Source: Rhodosorus marinus CCMP1338 (taxonomy: Eukaryota; Plantae; Rhodophyta). Taken from it: a stretch of 64,000 nucleotides of DNA. Location of the stretch: assembly GCA_029953675.1 (NCBI GenBank), contig JAMWBK010000010.1:62001-126000 (forward strand), written 5' to 3'. The notes beneath the pieces are model-generated. The model worked only from the letters and a program-made list of their open reading frames with translations. It was not told where the DNA came from and ran no database searches. Shown one piece after another: positions 47,566-61,924 of this stretch (its first letter is position 1; each line of letters starts with the position of its first letter). Made by a program: the position numbers and the translations under genes.

Positions 47566-50500
47566 ATGGCGATGGTGTTCACCGTGCGTGAGACGCTGGA
47601 GAAGATGCAGCACACGGACCCTGATCTTCGTTATATGGCGCTCTCAGATCTGAAAAATGAGTTGAAGAACGGTCTAAAGCCGCGCAAGGGGGAAAAGGAA
47701 CTGGTACCTAGCCGAATCCACTCTGAACAAGCTCCGAGGAAGTACAATGAAGTCACTGATCATTTTCCAATCTAATCGGAGCCTCATTACAGATACAGCG
47801 CTATCTCTTCGAGCTGTTAGATGATCCAACGAGCGATGTTCAAGGCATGGCGATACAGTGCCTTCCATTGTTCATTACCGAGGCAGCGTCCGCCAGACTT
47901 GCAGCAGAGGCAGTATCTAAACTTTGCGAACTCCTTGGGCCTGAGGCTAGGCCAGGAACTATAGGCAGGGTGAGTTTATTCAATGGAGCTTTGTTGTGGG
48001 GCCTAGCCGATTGCAAATTGCTTTGTCTTGGGGACAGCGCTGATAAGAGCGCTGTTAAAATTTGACAGGATCAGATTATGTCGGACTCGGACATCCAACT
48101 GAGCGGCAGCAGAACCATCCAAAGCATCGCCTTTCTCTTGCTCAAGTCGACGTTGGATGGGCTTCCCGTGAAAGGCAGTGGTCAGTTTGCTGCTGTCATC
48201 CATCTTAGCACCGGCCGTCCGTGAAAATGACCGTCTAGCCTCTTTTTTTTGCTGTGAAGTCACAATAGCCGTAGTTGAAACTCTAGCAAAGTACTTGATG
48301 AGCATAGGACTGTCCGACAGCTCCGACTCGAAACATCACGGAATAAGAGTAGATAGCCTTGAGCTACTACGGGACATGCTCGCAAAGTTTCAATCGCCTA
48401 TGGCCCAATTCTATGATGACATAGCTCGGGAACTCTTGGGAATGATCGACGCAACGCAGGTACGCGCCCGATAAGCCGCTGGAAACCGTGAGCCAGGAAA
48501 CTGGCAGGATTTTGGGCGCTTCCATACGCACATTCTGAATACTTTGTGAATTTGTTGAAGCTGAATACGTACTTCGCGTACCTCAGGCAATTCGTCGCAA
48601 GGCTGCAGCATGCATAGCAACCCTGTCAACGGTGTGTTCATCGGAACTGTTGGCCACGATACTATCGGAGCTCATTGATCCTCTAAGCAACCAGACTATG
48701 TCCACCGACAAGGTAAGCGAACCGTACTACCTTGCCGACCATTCCTTTGGGCAAACGGGACGAGGTAGACCCACATCGCTCTAAACGAACCGGCTTCCAA
48801 ATCTCAACTTGCACCAAGCTCTCGAACAGGATTCAATACGTCGGCACGATCACGAAGTCCTCCGCACATAAAATGGAACCGGAGCATCTGAGCATCGCCA
48901 TGGATGTTATTTTCTCCAGCATGGCAGACCTTGGTTCTGATGATCTCGACTTTTTCGAAGCGTGCCTTCTTACGTTAGAGTCGATTGCTGCGAAGAACCC
49001 TTCCGAGGTTGGAGTGCCATCCTGATCAGAAAATAAGCAATTGCCGATGCGTGTTGTGCTAAAAGGCTGGTCCTTTTCTTGTCGTCTGTAGTTCTTGAAG
49101 AAGTTAGACCCAGCGTTAGAGCTGCTCACGAGGTGCGCCAAGTACGACCCAAACTATATGGACGGAGGGGACGACGTAGAAGACGACGACGAGAGTATGT
49201 TCGATGAAGACTCGGACAACGGGCTCCTCTACGAAAGCGATGACGATGACATGAGTTGGAAAGTCCGTCGAGCAGCGCTGCGCTGCGTACGTACAATAGT
49301 CTGGAGCAGGTTGGTGGATTCCTGGAACTACAGCTTGTGGAATGTGGAAATTGCATGAATGCGCTTTGCAAAAACGTTTGTCGTAGTAGTCTGGCCTTCT
49401 TCGCGAACTTATTCTCGTTGCCGTTTTCTGAAGGATTATGCCTGTTGATGTAATGTATAACACATTGGGCCTGCTGCTGCTCTCGAGACTGCGTGAGAGG
49501 GAGGAGAATGTTAGGGTTGACCTGTACGCGACTTTCGCTGATGTATTGAAGGAGGGCGGCTACGCCAACAAGAAGCGAGAAGTCCCGGGCGATCGTATGG
49601 TCGAGGGCTCAGATTTCGCCGATCAGAGCTCGGAAATGGGGGAAAAAATCGATAGCATCGTGCTGCAAATACGAGAAGCTGCCCCTCGTCTCGCGTCAAC
49701 GGTCAAAAAGGATCTGGCAGGCAAACCAGGGAAGGCTGCATTGAGCACTGTGTGTGTTCTGCTGGAGCTAGCGAGTATAGATCCGGAACATATGGCTGGG
49801 TAAGTTGCTGACTACCTTTCTCCCACATGGATATGCATCTGGGTGGGCTCCCCGAGTGCTGAAGTCTACATGCGTTGAGACAACGAAGTACCCAAACAAG
49901 CACCATGTCTGAGTTTAGCATGCGTGATTATTTGTCTCAGGGTGTTGACTCCGCTGATCCCCGAGCTGGAAAGCTGTATCACCGAGCAGAACGTCCAGGT
50001 TAAGTCCTCGATCTTGGTGCTTGTCTCACGATTGCACCTCGCAGACGTTTCAATTGTACCCTTCCTGAACCTGCCACTTCGCGCAGTTGAGGACCGATTC
50101 TACAAGATCACCGCTCAAGCGCTGCAGCTGTGCGCAAAGATTCTCAGCGCGACCCATACTGGACCACCGGACCTCAAAGCGTCAACGAAAAACTTCACCT
50201 TAAAGGTCCACGAAATCTCCAAGGAGCGCGTGGTCGCAGCGAAGCAGGACTCGGAGGTGAGAAAGAGCGGTGACGGTGGTATTGTTGTATCATGACGCAT
50301 CCGAAGCTCACAGGGTTCCCGGCTCGCCTCAGGTTCGACAAGCAGCGATTGAAGTTCTTGGTGTTTGCGTTGCAAACTATGCCGAAGTCCTCGGTAACCA
50401 GACAGCCGGTGAAACGGTCGGCTTGCTTTGCCGGCGGTTAAATAGTGATGTGAGTGGATTGCAATATCGATGGTTTTGAGGGCATACGTGCTAGTGCTGA

Positions 50501-53303
50501 TAGCAGCTAAAAACTCTTGTTCGTGGTGCTCTCAGGTGACTGTTCTTGCAGCGCTTAAGGAGGTTGACCGGATCGCGGAGAGTCCAATGGCCGGTTTGCT
50601 CTTGCCAATGGTTCAGGAGTTGGAGACGACTGTGACTAAACTCCTACGACAGAAGAATGTTGATGTTAGACGGGTAGGTGTAGATGCTCCTTAATCTTTC
50701 CGTGCACCACCGAAGGACTGACTCGTCGTACTGCTTCTTCTCACAATCGCAGGCCGCACTCCAGGCGCTGCTGGACTTGGTACCAGACCTTCCTCGGAAA
50801 GCTGATACGGAGCTTCTCAGAGAAGTATCGAAGGTGATGACTGAGGATGAACTTCGCTCGGCTGCCCTCGCGATGGCAGTTGTAACAGAGCTGGTTTCCA
50901 CAAGGAAAATCAGCGTTATTCACGCAGTCGCAGATCTGGCGTGGGATCCGTTTCTCAAGCTTGCGAGTTCATCCCTACCGCAAGGCCAAATTTTAGAGGC
51001 AATGTCCTCGCTCCTAAAGGCTCTGGCAGAGGTACCAAGTTTGCTCTGGAAATAGCTGTTCTTGAAATGGTTCTGTCGAGAAAGTCTAATATCGTCCTTC
51101 CGCATGCAAACGTTCGTGCGCGCAGAACGAGGGGGTTGATTCAGCACTTCCAGTGACTCGGATGCTTAGTGACCTATCTGAAATCGGAGTGAAGCAGATT
51201 TCAGACGACAAGAGGCTCAATGCGCAATCGACTGCGACATGTGTCTCTGTTCTCGTTCGAGAATCTAGAATTGGTCTAAACTTGCTCCTGACAGAAGACA
51301 ACCTATGTAAGGTGGATAGCGAACACTGCCCCCTCCGCCGTTTTCGCCATTGCTTCACGGAGTTTCCCAATGAGCTCACCAACTGGAAACCTTTGTTTGC
51401 CCATCGTTGAAAAGCTAACTTGCAAGGCCTTGACATGGAGAAGAGTTCCAGTAGGAGGATCTTTCTGCTTGCGTGCATAGCCGATCTCGGACGAAGCGCT
51501 GCCCGGACAAGTGAAGCCTTTCCAGAACCACTGCAAGAAATTGTGCTCAAGATCCTGTTGGATTCAAACGAGGAAGGCGAAAGATCTATGGCAGCGCTGG
51601 CATTGGGAGCCATTTGCAGTAATGATCGCAACAAGTACGCACGTAACGGCAGAAATCTTCTTCTCATCGGGTATGGACTGCTAAGCGCAAGTCGACACTC
51701 TGTTTAACCGCCCACCTGTTCAAAGGGGAATCAAATTTTTCATCGACTTGATTCGTGAGATACCAGAGAAGCGCTATCTCTTGCTAACCTCTTTGAAGGA
51801 GACTATGATTGTTATGGAGCGTGAATATGTCGTCGAATACGGACGGGAACTGCTTCCGATCCTCCTTGCTGGGGATGAGACCCTCTCGGACGCATCGGAT
51901 GCAAACGGTAAGAGAGGTCAAGTAGACCAGCGTTTGCGCGTTTGATTCTGATCAACACTTGGGTACATGTCTTTCTTGCCAAGCGGAAGGTGCCTCCACG
52001 GCTAAGGACGCTGGAAAGGACAGCTTGCAAACAGCGACCGCCGAGTGTTTGGGTCAGCTTGCAAGTGCTGACCCTTCCGTACTTGACAAACTCGAGCAGG
52101 TAACTATACGTCGTTGCTGATCTCAACGTACGAATATTTGCCAAGCGAGTCTTGAGTCTTGAAAACCGTGCAACGGGTTGTTTCTCCTTCTCTCTCATCA
52201 GATCTACCTCGACAGCTCAAAGTCGGCGATGTATCGGGCACCGCTGGTGCTAGCCCTGAAGTATGCGGTTCTTGCGGACCGGGGCGTGACATTAGACGAG
52301 AGGTTAAGCCAGCGGGTCTTGGCCTTGGAGAACCTGCTTCCTGGCCCGGAAACTATTGAAGCCGTGAGTTTAAAGCCAGCGCAACTGAAAGTTTGCTGGT
52401 GAGGAATCCTTGCTTTCTCGTTCCTGTGAGTCTCACTGTCATGCTCGCTGTTCTCACCAAAGGCTGAGGCGCCAGTGGTCAGGGCGGCGGTGTTGGCACT
52501 TGACGCGGTGATGAGGACAAGACCAGCAGTGCTGATTGAGAACAGCTCCAGGCTGTTCCCTCGAGTATACCAGCTCATGAAGAGGAATCACAGGCTCGAA
52601 AGGGAGATCGACCGTGGACTGTTCCTCTTGCAAGAGGATGACGGACTTGATATCCGAAAGGTGGCATTCGTTCTCATGGGTTCTGTGCTAGCGCGGGCAC
52701 CGAGGTTGTGCTGGCAAGGAAAAACGTGTTTTTCTTGTTGTTGGTTTCTCCAGCTGAGATTTTTCTCTCTTTTGTGGAGCAGGCTATTGGATGTCCCAGC
52801 GTACACGGAACTACTTGCTTCGGGGCTTACCGACGACACCGAAGTGAGAGTATTGGCGCAGCTAGGCTTGATAGATATTCTGCGATCACCGTGTTCGCTT
52901 GGCGTTCTTCCGTGTTTGGGGAAGATTGTCGAAGCTTTGACGCAAGTGCTGGGCGCAAAGGTGAAGGAGAACGCGGTAGTACAGGAGATTGAGAGACACG
53001 AGGTAGCTATTCAGCACGAACCAAACTAGCTTGTCATGCTTCGACTGAGTCGACGCGCAGGGGTATGTTAGAAACTTCGATACGTTCTGATTGGAGCGAG
53101 CGCGGCGCGACTCTTCTTCCAAAACTTAGGAATCTCTTCGGGGAGCGCTGAGGGTGGTGTACGCCATGGAACAATTCCCAGCTGCTAGCAGCGAACCCAG
53201 CTTTGTTGGCCTGATGAATGACGTGGTTAAGACGCCAGCTATCGAAGCGCGATATGAGAAGCTACTCGAACAAGCCAACCCAATCGAATCTGATCACACT
53301 TGA
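47566..53303 (+). CDS. CAND1: Cullin-associated NEDD8-dissociated protein 1, many introns
   Basis: LEKMQHTDPDLRYMALSDL, YDPNY, DDDDMSWKVRRAA, RLREREENVRVD, AALALGAI, EDDGLDIRKVAF, KVKENAVVQEIERHE. Confidence 0.92.
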
Positions 53304-53616
53304 AAACTGGTCTCAACCATCATGCTCTGCGGACAATGAGGGCTTCGTCTGTTCGACATTGCCTCGATGCGTGTTAGCACTTATCTTCCCCGCACCCCGC
53401 TGCATTCGGCCTATCGCCGGTGACGGTGTAAACAGTATATAGTCCACAAGTATTAAAGTAGCAGAGGCATAGGCTGTTCTCTCTAGACACCATGACTCGA
53501 CCGAATCGATGACGGACGTCGGTCCCCTTTCACAACTTCAAGCAAAGAAATGAATAATGAAAGTAGCTTTATGACCTTCTAGAAGCTTTACAATTATCAC
53601 TCAGCCGCGCGCAAAC

Positions 53617-54069
53617 CTACGAGTTCGAGTTCGGCGACTTCTTCTTTCCGAATCCGACAGCAACCGAGGAGAACCGCCTAAGCAGGAAAACGACAAAGAG
53701 ACGCACGCAATAAGTGACAAACTTCCAACCGCGAGAAACAACCGCAAACCCTTTACAGGCTAAGAGCATAAAATTTGAGAACGAAACCTACTTGTTGTAC
53801 TTCATCTTCTGGAAGGCACGTCCACGAGGGAGCTTCACCTTCTCCATCTTCTCAACCTTCGGGGTCTGACCCCTAACCTTACCCGCACGAGACAAAGAGC
53901 CGTGAACCTTGCCTAGAAATTACAATAGAAATAACAAGTCCCTGGTCAGAACCCATAATTCAAACACTGCAAACGCAGCAACGCCGCATATCGCGCCCCA
54001 ACTCCACAAGCACCACAAAGCAAAAACTACCTCACATAAACGATAGCCCAAAGACTAAAACTTACCCAT
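53617..54069 (-). CDS. RPS30: 40S ribosomal protein eS30 (no ubiquitin-like fusion), two introns
   Basis: ATG-G|intron|[20 protein letters not shown]...[12 protein letters not shown], last exon [19 protein letters not shown]. Confidence 0.95.
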
Positions 54070-55135
54070 AATTTCAAGCCAAAAAAACCAGACCAAAACA
54101 CTCCGAAACTGACAATAAGGAAAGATCCTCTCCTTCAAACAATGCCCTCTTCAAACCTAATCAACACTACTACTCCTCACCCTCTTCCTCCCCCACCACT
54201 AGACCACCTCAAAAACGCCCTAAATTCCCCGACCAGCCAAACCCCCACCAACGCAAACCAACCAAACCAAATGCCACCCCCAAAAACGACGACTAACAAC
54301 CCCACCCCCCACCACGCTACGTATTTTTCCAAGTTTCCAAATACACTAAATAAAACCAACCTTATCGTCAAAAACAAAAACCCCCCCCCCTTCCACCCCT
54401 TTCGTTCAGACATGAAAACCATCGCGGATTCGTTTCCCCGTCGTCAACCACCGGGGCTCTTACCAAACCCTACAAAACTCTTCTAAAAAACCTTATCACT
54501 TTTTATTGGACTTACTAAACTCTAAAAGACACGTATTAAATTTTAACTCGCTTTACGTACGATCATATGACACGTGCAAGTTTATAATTAGTTTCATTTC
54601 TAAATAATTTAATTAATTATTCAATTACTAGACAAGCTGTCCTTTCTAAGGGAGGCGGAATTTTGGTTTTGAGAAAGGGACCGTAGGATGGGGGCGGGCG
54701 TTGGACGATGACGAAGGCGGCCGGGGCCGTTTTCCAATTTTTTTGGTATGGTTTTTTGGGGAAATGGGGGAAATTTGACCAAAGTATCTGGTAAGATTTT
54801 CGGGAAAGGAGATTTCATATCTGGATGTTCTTTAACGACGAGAGTGGGGATGTAGTAAAGGGAATCCTACTGATTCGTTGTGTTTTGTTGTTCTGTTGGT
54901 TGCTTTTCTCGAGACTCGTTTTTGGTGTGAAGCGTTTATTTGGAAGCTTGGGAGTTTTGAAGGAGTCAGGAACCGTTTGTATAAGTCTTGTCTGGCTTGA
55001 GAGGGGTTACTTGCAAGCACCGGTGAACTGCGGGGAGGTGTTGGTGCTTTGAGTTCTGGCTACTGGTTTCTGCTCTGGACTTTGAACTGTGGAGCTCTGA
55101 GGGAAGGTTGGTGAGTTTACCCCTGCGCTGAAGGC

Positions 55136-56828
55136 ATGGGTTTTGTGGGGGTATTTGGTGGTATTACGGGGTTTCGAAGGGGAAGGGCGTTGTGCGTTGT
55201 GCCGGAGCTGACTACGGATATCGCAGCCGGGAGCCTGCCAACGGACGAAAATGGACGAGTGCTGTTGAAAAACTTGTCCCGGACACAGCTGGATGACTTT
55301 GTCACGAGCCTTGGAGAGAAGCCCTTCAGGGCTGCGCAGCTTTGGAGGTGGATGTACCATCCCGACAGCTTGGTTGGAACATTTGAAGAGATGACAGATT
55401 TGAGCAAAGCCTTCCGAGCAAAACTTGAGGACCACTCTCGAGTGGATTCCTTAACCCTGAACGACACTCACGTCGCAAAAGACGGAACTAGAAAAATCAC
55501 TTACAAACTGGAAGACGGTGGCATCATTGAATCCGTCTGGATTCCAACGAATGACAGGGTCACGCTCTGTATATCGAGTCAGCTCGGATGTGCGCTGAAC
55601 TGTCAGTTTTGCTTCACCGCCAAGATGGGCCTGCGCAGGCATCTATCCTTGGGGGAAATTGTGGACCAGGTAGTCCTCTCAAAGCGCTTTTTCGATGACA
55701 AGGACGAGACCGGAAAGCGTATTACGAATATTGTCTTCATGGTTGGTTTCCCCTTTAGTCTGTCATCACCGGATGGGTTCCAGCTGGTTGACAATCGCTT
55801 CACTTGTCCAACTCTGTCTAGGGAATGGGAGAACCCCTCCACAACACAGAAAACGTCATCCAAGCGACAAACATTCTCACGTCAAATAAAGGACTTGGAC
55901 TCAGTCATAACAAAGTTACGGTCTCGACGTCTGGATTGGTTCCCGAGATTGTGCGGTTTTTCAAGGTAAGGGCAGGCCTCTCACCAATCGGATTTTCGGC
56001 AAGGACTCTTCGTTCGCGCAAGGTCTTATGGACATTGCTTGTCCTTCTCCACCCCACCCAGGAATCACCGGCGAACCTGGCAGTTAGCTTGAACGCCACT
56101 ACGGATGAGATCCGGGACTGGATCATGCCGATCAACAAAAAGTATGATTTGGCATCTCTGCTTGGAACATTGAAAACCGTTGTACCAAGAAGAGAGGACG
56201 GAAAGGCCCTGAAAAAGGTAATCGACACAGGTTTCTCGGGATACCCATTTCGTGTGGGAGTGAAGACTGCTGAAGCTTTGGCTTGCTCGCTGTCCGCTTA
56301 AGCCCTTAACTGATGTTTTTTGGTTTGCTTGGTTTCTGCCCCCGCAGATTTTCTTCGAGTACGTCCTGCTTAAGGGAGTAAACGACACGATGGACGACGC
56401 CAAAAGAATCGTAAAGCTCACTTCCGGAATTCCGTGCAAGGTAACGTTTCCGAAACCGATTGAGGCACCTTATGTCGTCGGTGGTTCGACCGCATTTGTT
56501 CCCGACAACCTGAGGGAGGGATTTGCTTCTGATTCCCGGGAACTCGTTGCGCATGGATCAGGTTAACCTCATTAGCTTCAATCCACATTCTGGTACGGAG
56601 TTTGAGCCTTCCCCACCGGAGACCATGGAAATGTTTAGTCGGTACTTGGCGTCCAAAGGTGTCAGAGTCACCGCTAGAGCAAGCCGAGGGGACGACGAGA
56701 TGGCCGCTTGTGGCCAGTTGGGAAAACCTGGTGACAAACCGAGTCCTCCACGGACCAAGATTCCTCCGACGTTTGAGGGGAAGGTGAAGGGAGGCAGCAC
56801 TAAAAGGCGAGTGGGGAGGAACCCATGA
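55136..56828 (+). CDS. rlmN: RlmN-family radical-SAM RNA methyltransferase, probably plastid-targeted, multi-exon
   Basis: [14 protein letters not shown] (CxxxCxxC), NIVFM|GMGEP, TVSTSG, LAVSLNA, FEYVLL, AACGQL. N-terminus MGFVGVFGG. Confidence 0.93.
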
Positions 56829-57415
56829 TTCACTTTTCGCCGAGCAATCAATGCAAGCGATGCTGTGTTTTGTTTTTTTTAGCAACTAGCGTCGTTCGAC
56901 ATTGGCCACTGAAGACCCGAAGAGGGAGGTTGCAGGACTTGGGGGAGGGAGTGCTTGGTCTTTTCTGTTGTGCAATATCTGGAGAGCTCACCATGCACGG
57001 GCACCACACCGGGAGATTGCAACTCCAGGCCAATGTCAATGGTTGACTGGTCGTCTCTTCTGACCGCGGGTCCGCTCGTGACGAAGCTTCATCGGCAGGT
57101 ATGCCATTATCGTGTTTTTTTTATTTGGAACAGACTACTACAACAGCACTTGGGATTTCCAAACCAAGTGCTCGCCAATTCGTACGGTGCTTAAAATGCT
57201 TTGATTTCTCACACAACGAATCGGGAAATAAAATAACAAAGGCGCAAGGCGACAAAAAGCTTAAAAACGCTCAATCTTGAAAGGACTGTTAAACTAGACA
57301 AACAAATAGATGTGGCCGACTTGACTTGAGGGACCGCTGAAGCTCCAGGTCCAAGGACAACTCCCCAACAGACGAATAGTACATACACGCGTACAAGGTA
57401 AGCGAAACCCGGTGC

Positions 57416-58258
57416 TTACGAGTGCATGATGTTCTCATCGAGAAAGCTGTCGAGATCGTCGACGCTATCGACCGGAAGGCTCTCGACGATATCAGCGCCG
57501 CTCTCCTCAAAAAGGCTCCTCGTGTCATCAAGGTCTACATCCTCTACGGAGGACATAGTCGCGTTTGAGTCTTGGCCGGTCATCTCAGGTAAGTCGTGAA
57601 TGACCGGGCTCGGAGCTGCAGGCTGAGGCATCTGTCTCGCCATGGCATAGCTCATCACCGCGCTCTCCCTCACCAAGCGCATTTCGTACTTTTGCGCGTG
57701 GGTCCGCACTTGCTTAGGCGTCCTGGTACGCACGACAGCTGAAATTGCCGCATAATTCTTTGGCCCATACAGCTTACGGCCCTCCAAAAACTTTCTGTGC
57801 TCTTCCTCAGTCCAATATCGTGGCAGCACGCTGTACCTGCAACAAAGAGAAGTTTTCGCGTGAGCTTGATTTCGTCGAAAAACGAAGCCCGAGCTCCAGG
57901 GAGCGCGGGAAACTGCTGGAAAGTAGCTAAGCTATAAATCTTACTGTGGAGACGGGATAGGGTAGCTAGAGCTCTTCTTAATATTGCTGCTTTTAGTCCC
58001 CCTCTTCAGGACCGAGCCTCTGTCAACAGCGTCTAGTATTTGCGATTCAGCAATAGAAACCTTGCTCTCAATGAAGCTCTCCACCTTAACCAGACTGCCC
58101 TGATCGTCGGCCATCTCCTTCTTCAGAGATTTCAGCTTCTTAGAAACCTTCCTCAGCTTTTCCTCCAGCTCATTAATCCTCTTCTGTTGCTGTACAACCA
58201 CAACATCCAGAATACTCTTCTTCACGCCCACCATTTCCACCTCATCGCTAACTTTCAT
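57416..58258 (-). CDS. MYB-related (1R, SHAQKYF-class) transcription factor with an N-terminal coiled coil, one intron
   Basis: RYWTEEEHRKFLEGRKLYGPKNYAAISAVVRTRTPKQVRTHAQKY. The upstream exon contains QQQKRINELEEKLRKV. Confidence 0.88.
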
Positions 58259-61103
58259 CGCTTCAAGCACACGCACAACCCCCGTCAAAAAAAACAACAA
58301 GCAAAACTCCAATCACAGCAGACTTTCCCCCACCCCGTTCCTCCCAATTCCCCTCCGTTCCTTCAACAACGTCTCTCCATAATCCCTCTATTTCCACCGA
58401 CTCTCTCTCTACACTCTATCACTTTCCATCTCAACCTCCCTACTCACCCCGCCTCCAAAATCTCCACCTTATCCCAAAACCAAAAGCTTCTTCTCTTCGA
58501 TCTCAAACCCAACCCACCCCAACTCATCCAGCTACCCACCTACCCCAACCTCCCCATCCCACCATCCCTCAGACGCCTCCTTTTTTAAGTGTTATTCCTT
58601 ATCCGCTCTCATCCTTTTCAGTTTCGGCACTTCCTGCACCAGCCCAAGCAAAATCAAAATACGCTTTAGAATTACTACTAAACAATATAGAAAACGAAGC
58701 TATTAGAAAAGGGGGTGGGAAACGAACTGGGATGTTGGGGTGATGACTTGCCGGGCGATTGCATTGTTATCTAAAAAATATTCTAGTAGAAAATCAGCTC
58801 TTTTATCTCAAAAAGAAAAAGTTACGTCGTTTACGGTTTACGAATAGGAGGGGGTGTGAAAGATTAGTGAGAATGGGTGGAGAGGCAAAATGGGTTTTTG
58901 TTTATTTTTCAGAGGGACCAATCAATGCTGAAAATAAAGCCTAAAAAATCTCCGAACGAAAAAAAGGGGGGTACGCATCCGACCACACTTCGACCGCGAC
59001 TGACATAAGCGTCACCTGAAAGAAAATAACTCAATCAATATTATTTTGTATTTTGGATATTTTATTGAAGTAGATAGGTAAGTTTTCCTGATATAGACTG
59101 AATTTTGGATGTATACCTTTCGTGGATGTGTCATGGAACTGTCTTAAGGATTGAAAGGGGGGAGCTCTGTTAGTGTATCATGCAGATCGGTTTTTGATTG
59201 TTTTTCTTCCGCTTTAGGTGAAGAGGTATCACACGATTTCCACTCAACCTCTCTACCATCGAAAATTTTCCAAAACAAAAGAAAATAGTATATTCATCTA
59301 GATTTTTTTTGTTGATTCGGTGATAGTCCGATAGTTAATCGTCACCCTGACTTTGTTACAAAAATTCACACCGAAAAATCTATTTAAATTGAATAATGAA
59401 AATAATAGAGGACTACATGGGAACCAATCTCCGGCGGTTGCCGCGAACATCTACGACGGTTAGGACAACTACCAATACACCAATGAAGTTGTAGTAAGTG
59501 TTCTAAACGAGAATAATCAACTGTAATTGGAAGATGTGGTTTTTATTAAAGATTTACAGAAAAGTATAAAATAACAAGAAGATGCGTTTTTGACGTTGTT
59601 TTTCTTTCTTAATTGAAATCGGAAATTCCCGATCTCCACATCCAAAAGGGCCTTGGTCTCTGTATCGAAATAGTAATTGGGATTCATTCAATCAAGAACT
59701 TACCTATAAATGAGTCATCGTCACACAAATATTTCCTTTTTTGAAAACTAGTTTAAAGATTTTCCTCGAAGTCGATCTCATTACTCCTCCGTCGTGCCCC
59801 GGGCGGGGGGGGGGTCGGGTGTGGGGGGTTGAGGGGAGGGGGGTCCTTTTTTCCTGAAAAAAATAAAGGTCGTCATCCAGATAAATTTTCTCAGCTTCGT
59901 CACTTACTATCCACCTTGTTTCAGGGGGTGCTCCGTTGCAGGCTCCATTGAACGTTTTGGGAAAATGGCAAACAAATGAGAAACGCTTCATAAATTATCT
60001 TAATCTCCATCGACGAATAACATGAAGAAAACAATTGAACGGAAAATGAACCACGGCGCAGATATTAAAACTCACTATAAATACACAACTCACAAAGAAA
60101 AATATCTGCTTGTTCGTTTTTTTGGAGATTTTGAACATGACCAGCTTGATTCGCGTTTCTTTTTTCTTATAAAAATTAGACAGGGCATTGATGAGCACGG
60201 ATGGCAGACTTCAGTCATAATGCTGATGAATAGGTTGCCGGGGGAGAGGGGTTGCGGTGCACGGCGGTTTAGGGTAGTAGGCCATACGCGCTCATCGCTC
60301 AGCTTTTGCGGGACTGGTTAGGATTTCTGTCCTGTACGAGTTGCGCTCCTTCTCGTGATCCATGAGTTTTCATTGCTCCAGTAGATATCTGCTTGCTGTT
60401 GGACTGTCGACATATGGTGCACCTTAGCTTGGGAATGGCACGTGTTTAGATTTTGTTTGAGTGCCCATTGTACTCCCTAGCTTCCCCCAGGTACGGACAT
60501 TTGTGCTTATACAATTGCGCGCATAAACCGACTGGTGGCAGTTGCACGGAAAGGGCTGTGAACCTTGGTTGACAAATCTCAAGGCAATATTGTCTCCCTC
60601 ATGGACTATTGCATTCGCGATTTGTGGTCGACATGTCTAGAGTACCGCCGATGAGCTTTCACAAACCTGGTGGGACACCACGCCACATGGAGGTTGTCTT
60701 TGTCTTCACAGTTCGTTCAACGGTACCAGACAATAAGAGCAATCCGCAACCAGCGTGTCATTCCTACACTAATTCCGTTCTCTGCTCAATTGCGCTGACG
60801 AGAAGGGAAATCCATCGATAGAGCAGGACTTCACTAACTTGTGCAGCATGCTGAATCGAGAGCAGGTAAAGAAAACACTGGAGCTCACGGATTTCTAGTT
60901 TGGGGTTTGAGAAAAAAGGGTGACCAAACGTTGAACATCACAATTTCTTGATGTCGACGTACTTTGCCAATTCGATGCTCTTGGGGAAGAGAAGCTCTTT
61001 AGTTCTACTAAAAAACACTACGATGAGCAAAAAAACAATCCAGCTGCTCCAGCTAACTGCTCCCACGACGATAGCCGCCTGACCGCTCTGCCCAATGCGT
61101 GAA

Positions 61104-61900
61104 TCAGAAATGCCAAACCACAATCGGGAGAACCTGTGCAGTTCGTGACAGATCAAATGCAGCAGTGTGCGCCAAGGTATGGTTCGACAAGCGAGCCGTA
61201 CCACGCCAGAGTTCTCCATTCAGATCCACTCGCACGAGAGTTTGAGCGTCCGCGTTGCGTTCGCGATGTTCAGCAGCTTCTTTGAGGAAATCCTGCGCGG
61301 CTGGACCAAGTCGCCCTAGCCGTCGAGAGGAACATCTGATCGCCGACGGCATCACGATATTTGGCTCGTTTCCGTGCTTCAGCGTTGGCTGCAGCGTAGC
61401 CGGTTTTACAGGCGGCAAGAGCAACTAGCTGGACTCTTAGCGGTGACTCTACCGTGACGCCAAGAACGTGCTGCTTATCGGTGCGATGCTGATGAACAGC
61501 AATGTATGGTCGGAGGCGGCTACCCTCAAAAAAAAGTTGGAGGGCTCAACTTGAAACTTCAGGAAGGTGCCACCGCCGTAGGTGACGCGCAACCTCATCA
61601 CGAATGCGATCATGTCTCAAAGTCCAATTCCCGGCCGAAGTTGAGCCGTGGAATAAGCGTTGGATTCCATCCGGATTATGGAGTTTGGCACCGACCCTTC
61701 CGTGCATTCAGGGGTAGTGCGAAGGCCAGGTGTGGGCGGCCCCATAGAAGGCGTAAGCTGTGAGCAAATTTCTTCGGTGGAAAGGAGTTCAGATGCCGGG
61801 CCAGGGAGGTCGCGAAGCCAGCCGCCACGTCAGCACCAGAAGCAGATCTGATCCTGGACTACGGTTGTCCTGCGGTAAAGCGCTGTTGCAGGTCCACTTT
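61104..61900 (-). mobile_element. Decayed 3' fragment of a CRE/NeSL-like non-LTR retrotransposon (restriction-like endonuclease region)
   Basis: Across frameshifts: SRIRSASG, GGWLRDLP, LLSTEE, LRL, RHDRIRDEVA, VEP, RLRPYIAV, LGVTVESP, AAANAEARKRAKY, LGRLGPAAQDFLKE. These appear in the order typical of RLE-clade elements. Confidence 0.75.
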
Positions 61901-61924
61901 TTTAAATAGATAGAGGCGTATAAG

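Noticed and set aside
53914-54065. RPS30 first intron as a snoRNA host
   Set aside because: A CTGA is present but there is no C box or terminal stem.
9412-56828. Apparent tRNA/translation theme (IleRS, tRNA-Val, KTI12, RlmN, RPS30)
   Set aside because: Genes are dispersed among unrelated housekeeping genes; no evidence of a cluster.
54142-58588. Long low-complexity ORFs in skewed tracts (e.g. 54142-54486, 58040-58588, also 4248-4568)
   Set aside because: They are by-products of compositional skew upstream of real genes.
61603-61615. atgcgatcat resembling the 5S rRNA 5' end
   Set aside because: The match does not extend and lies inside the retroelement relic.
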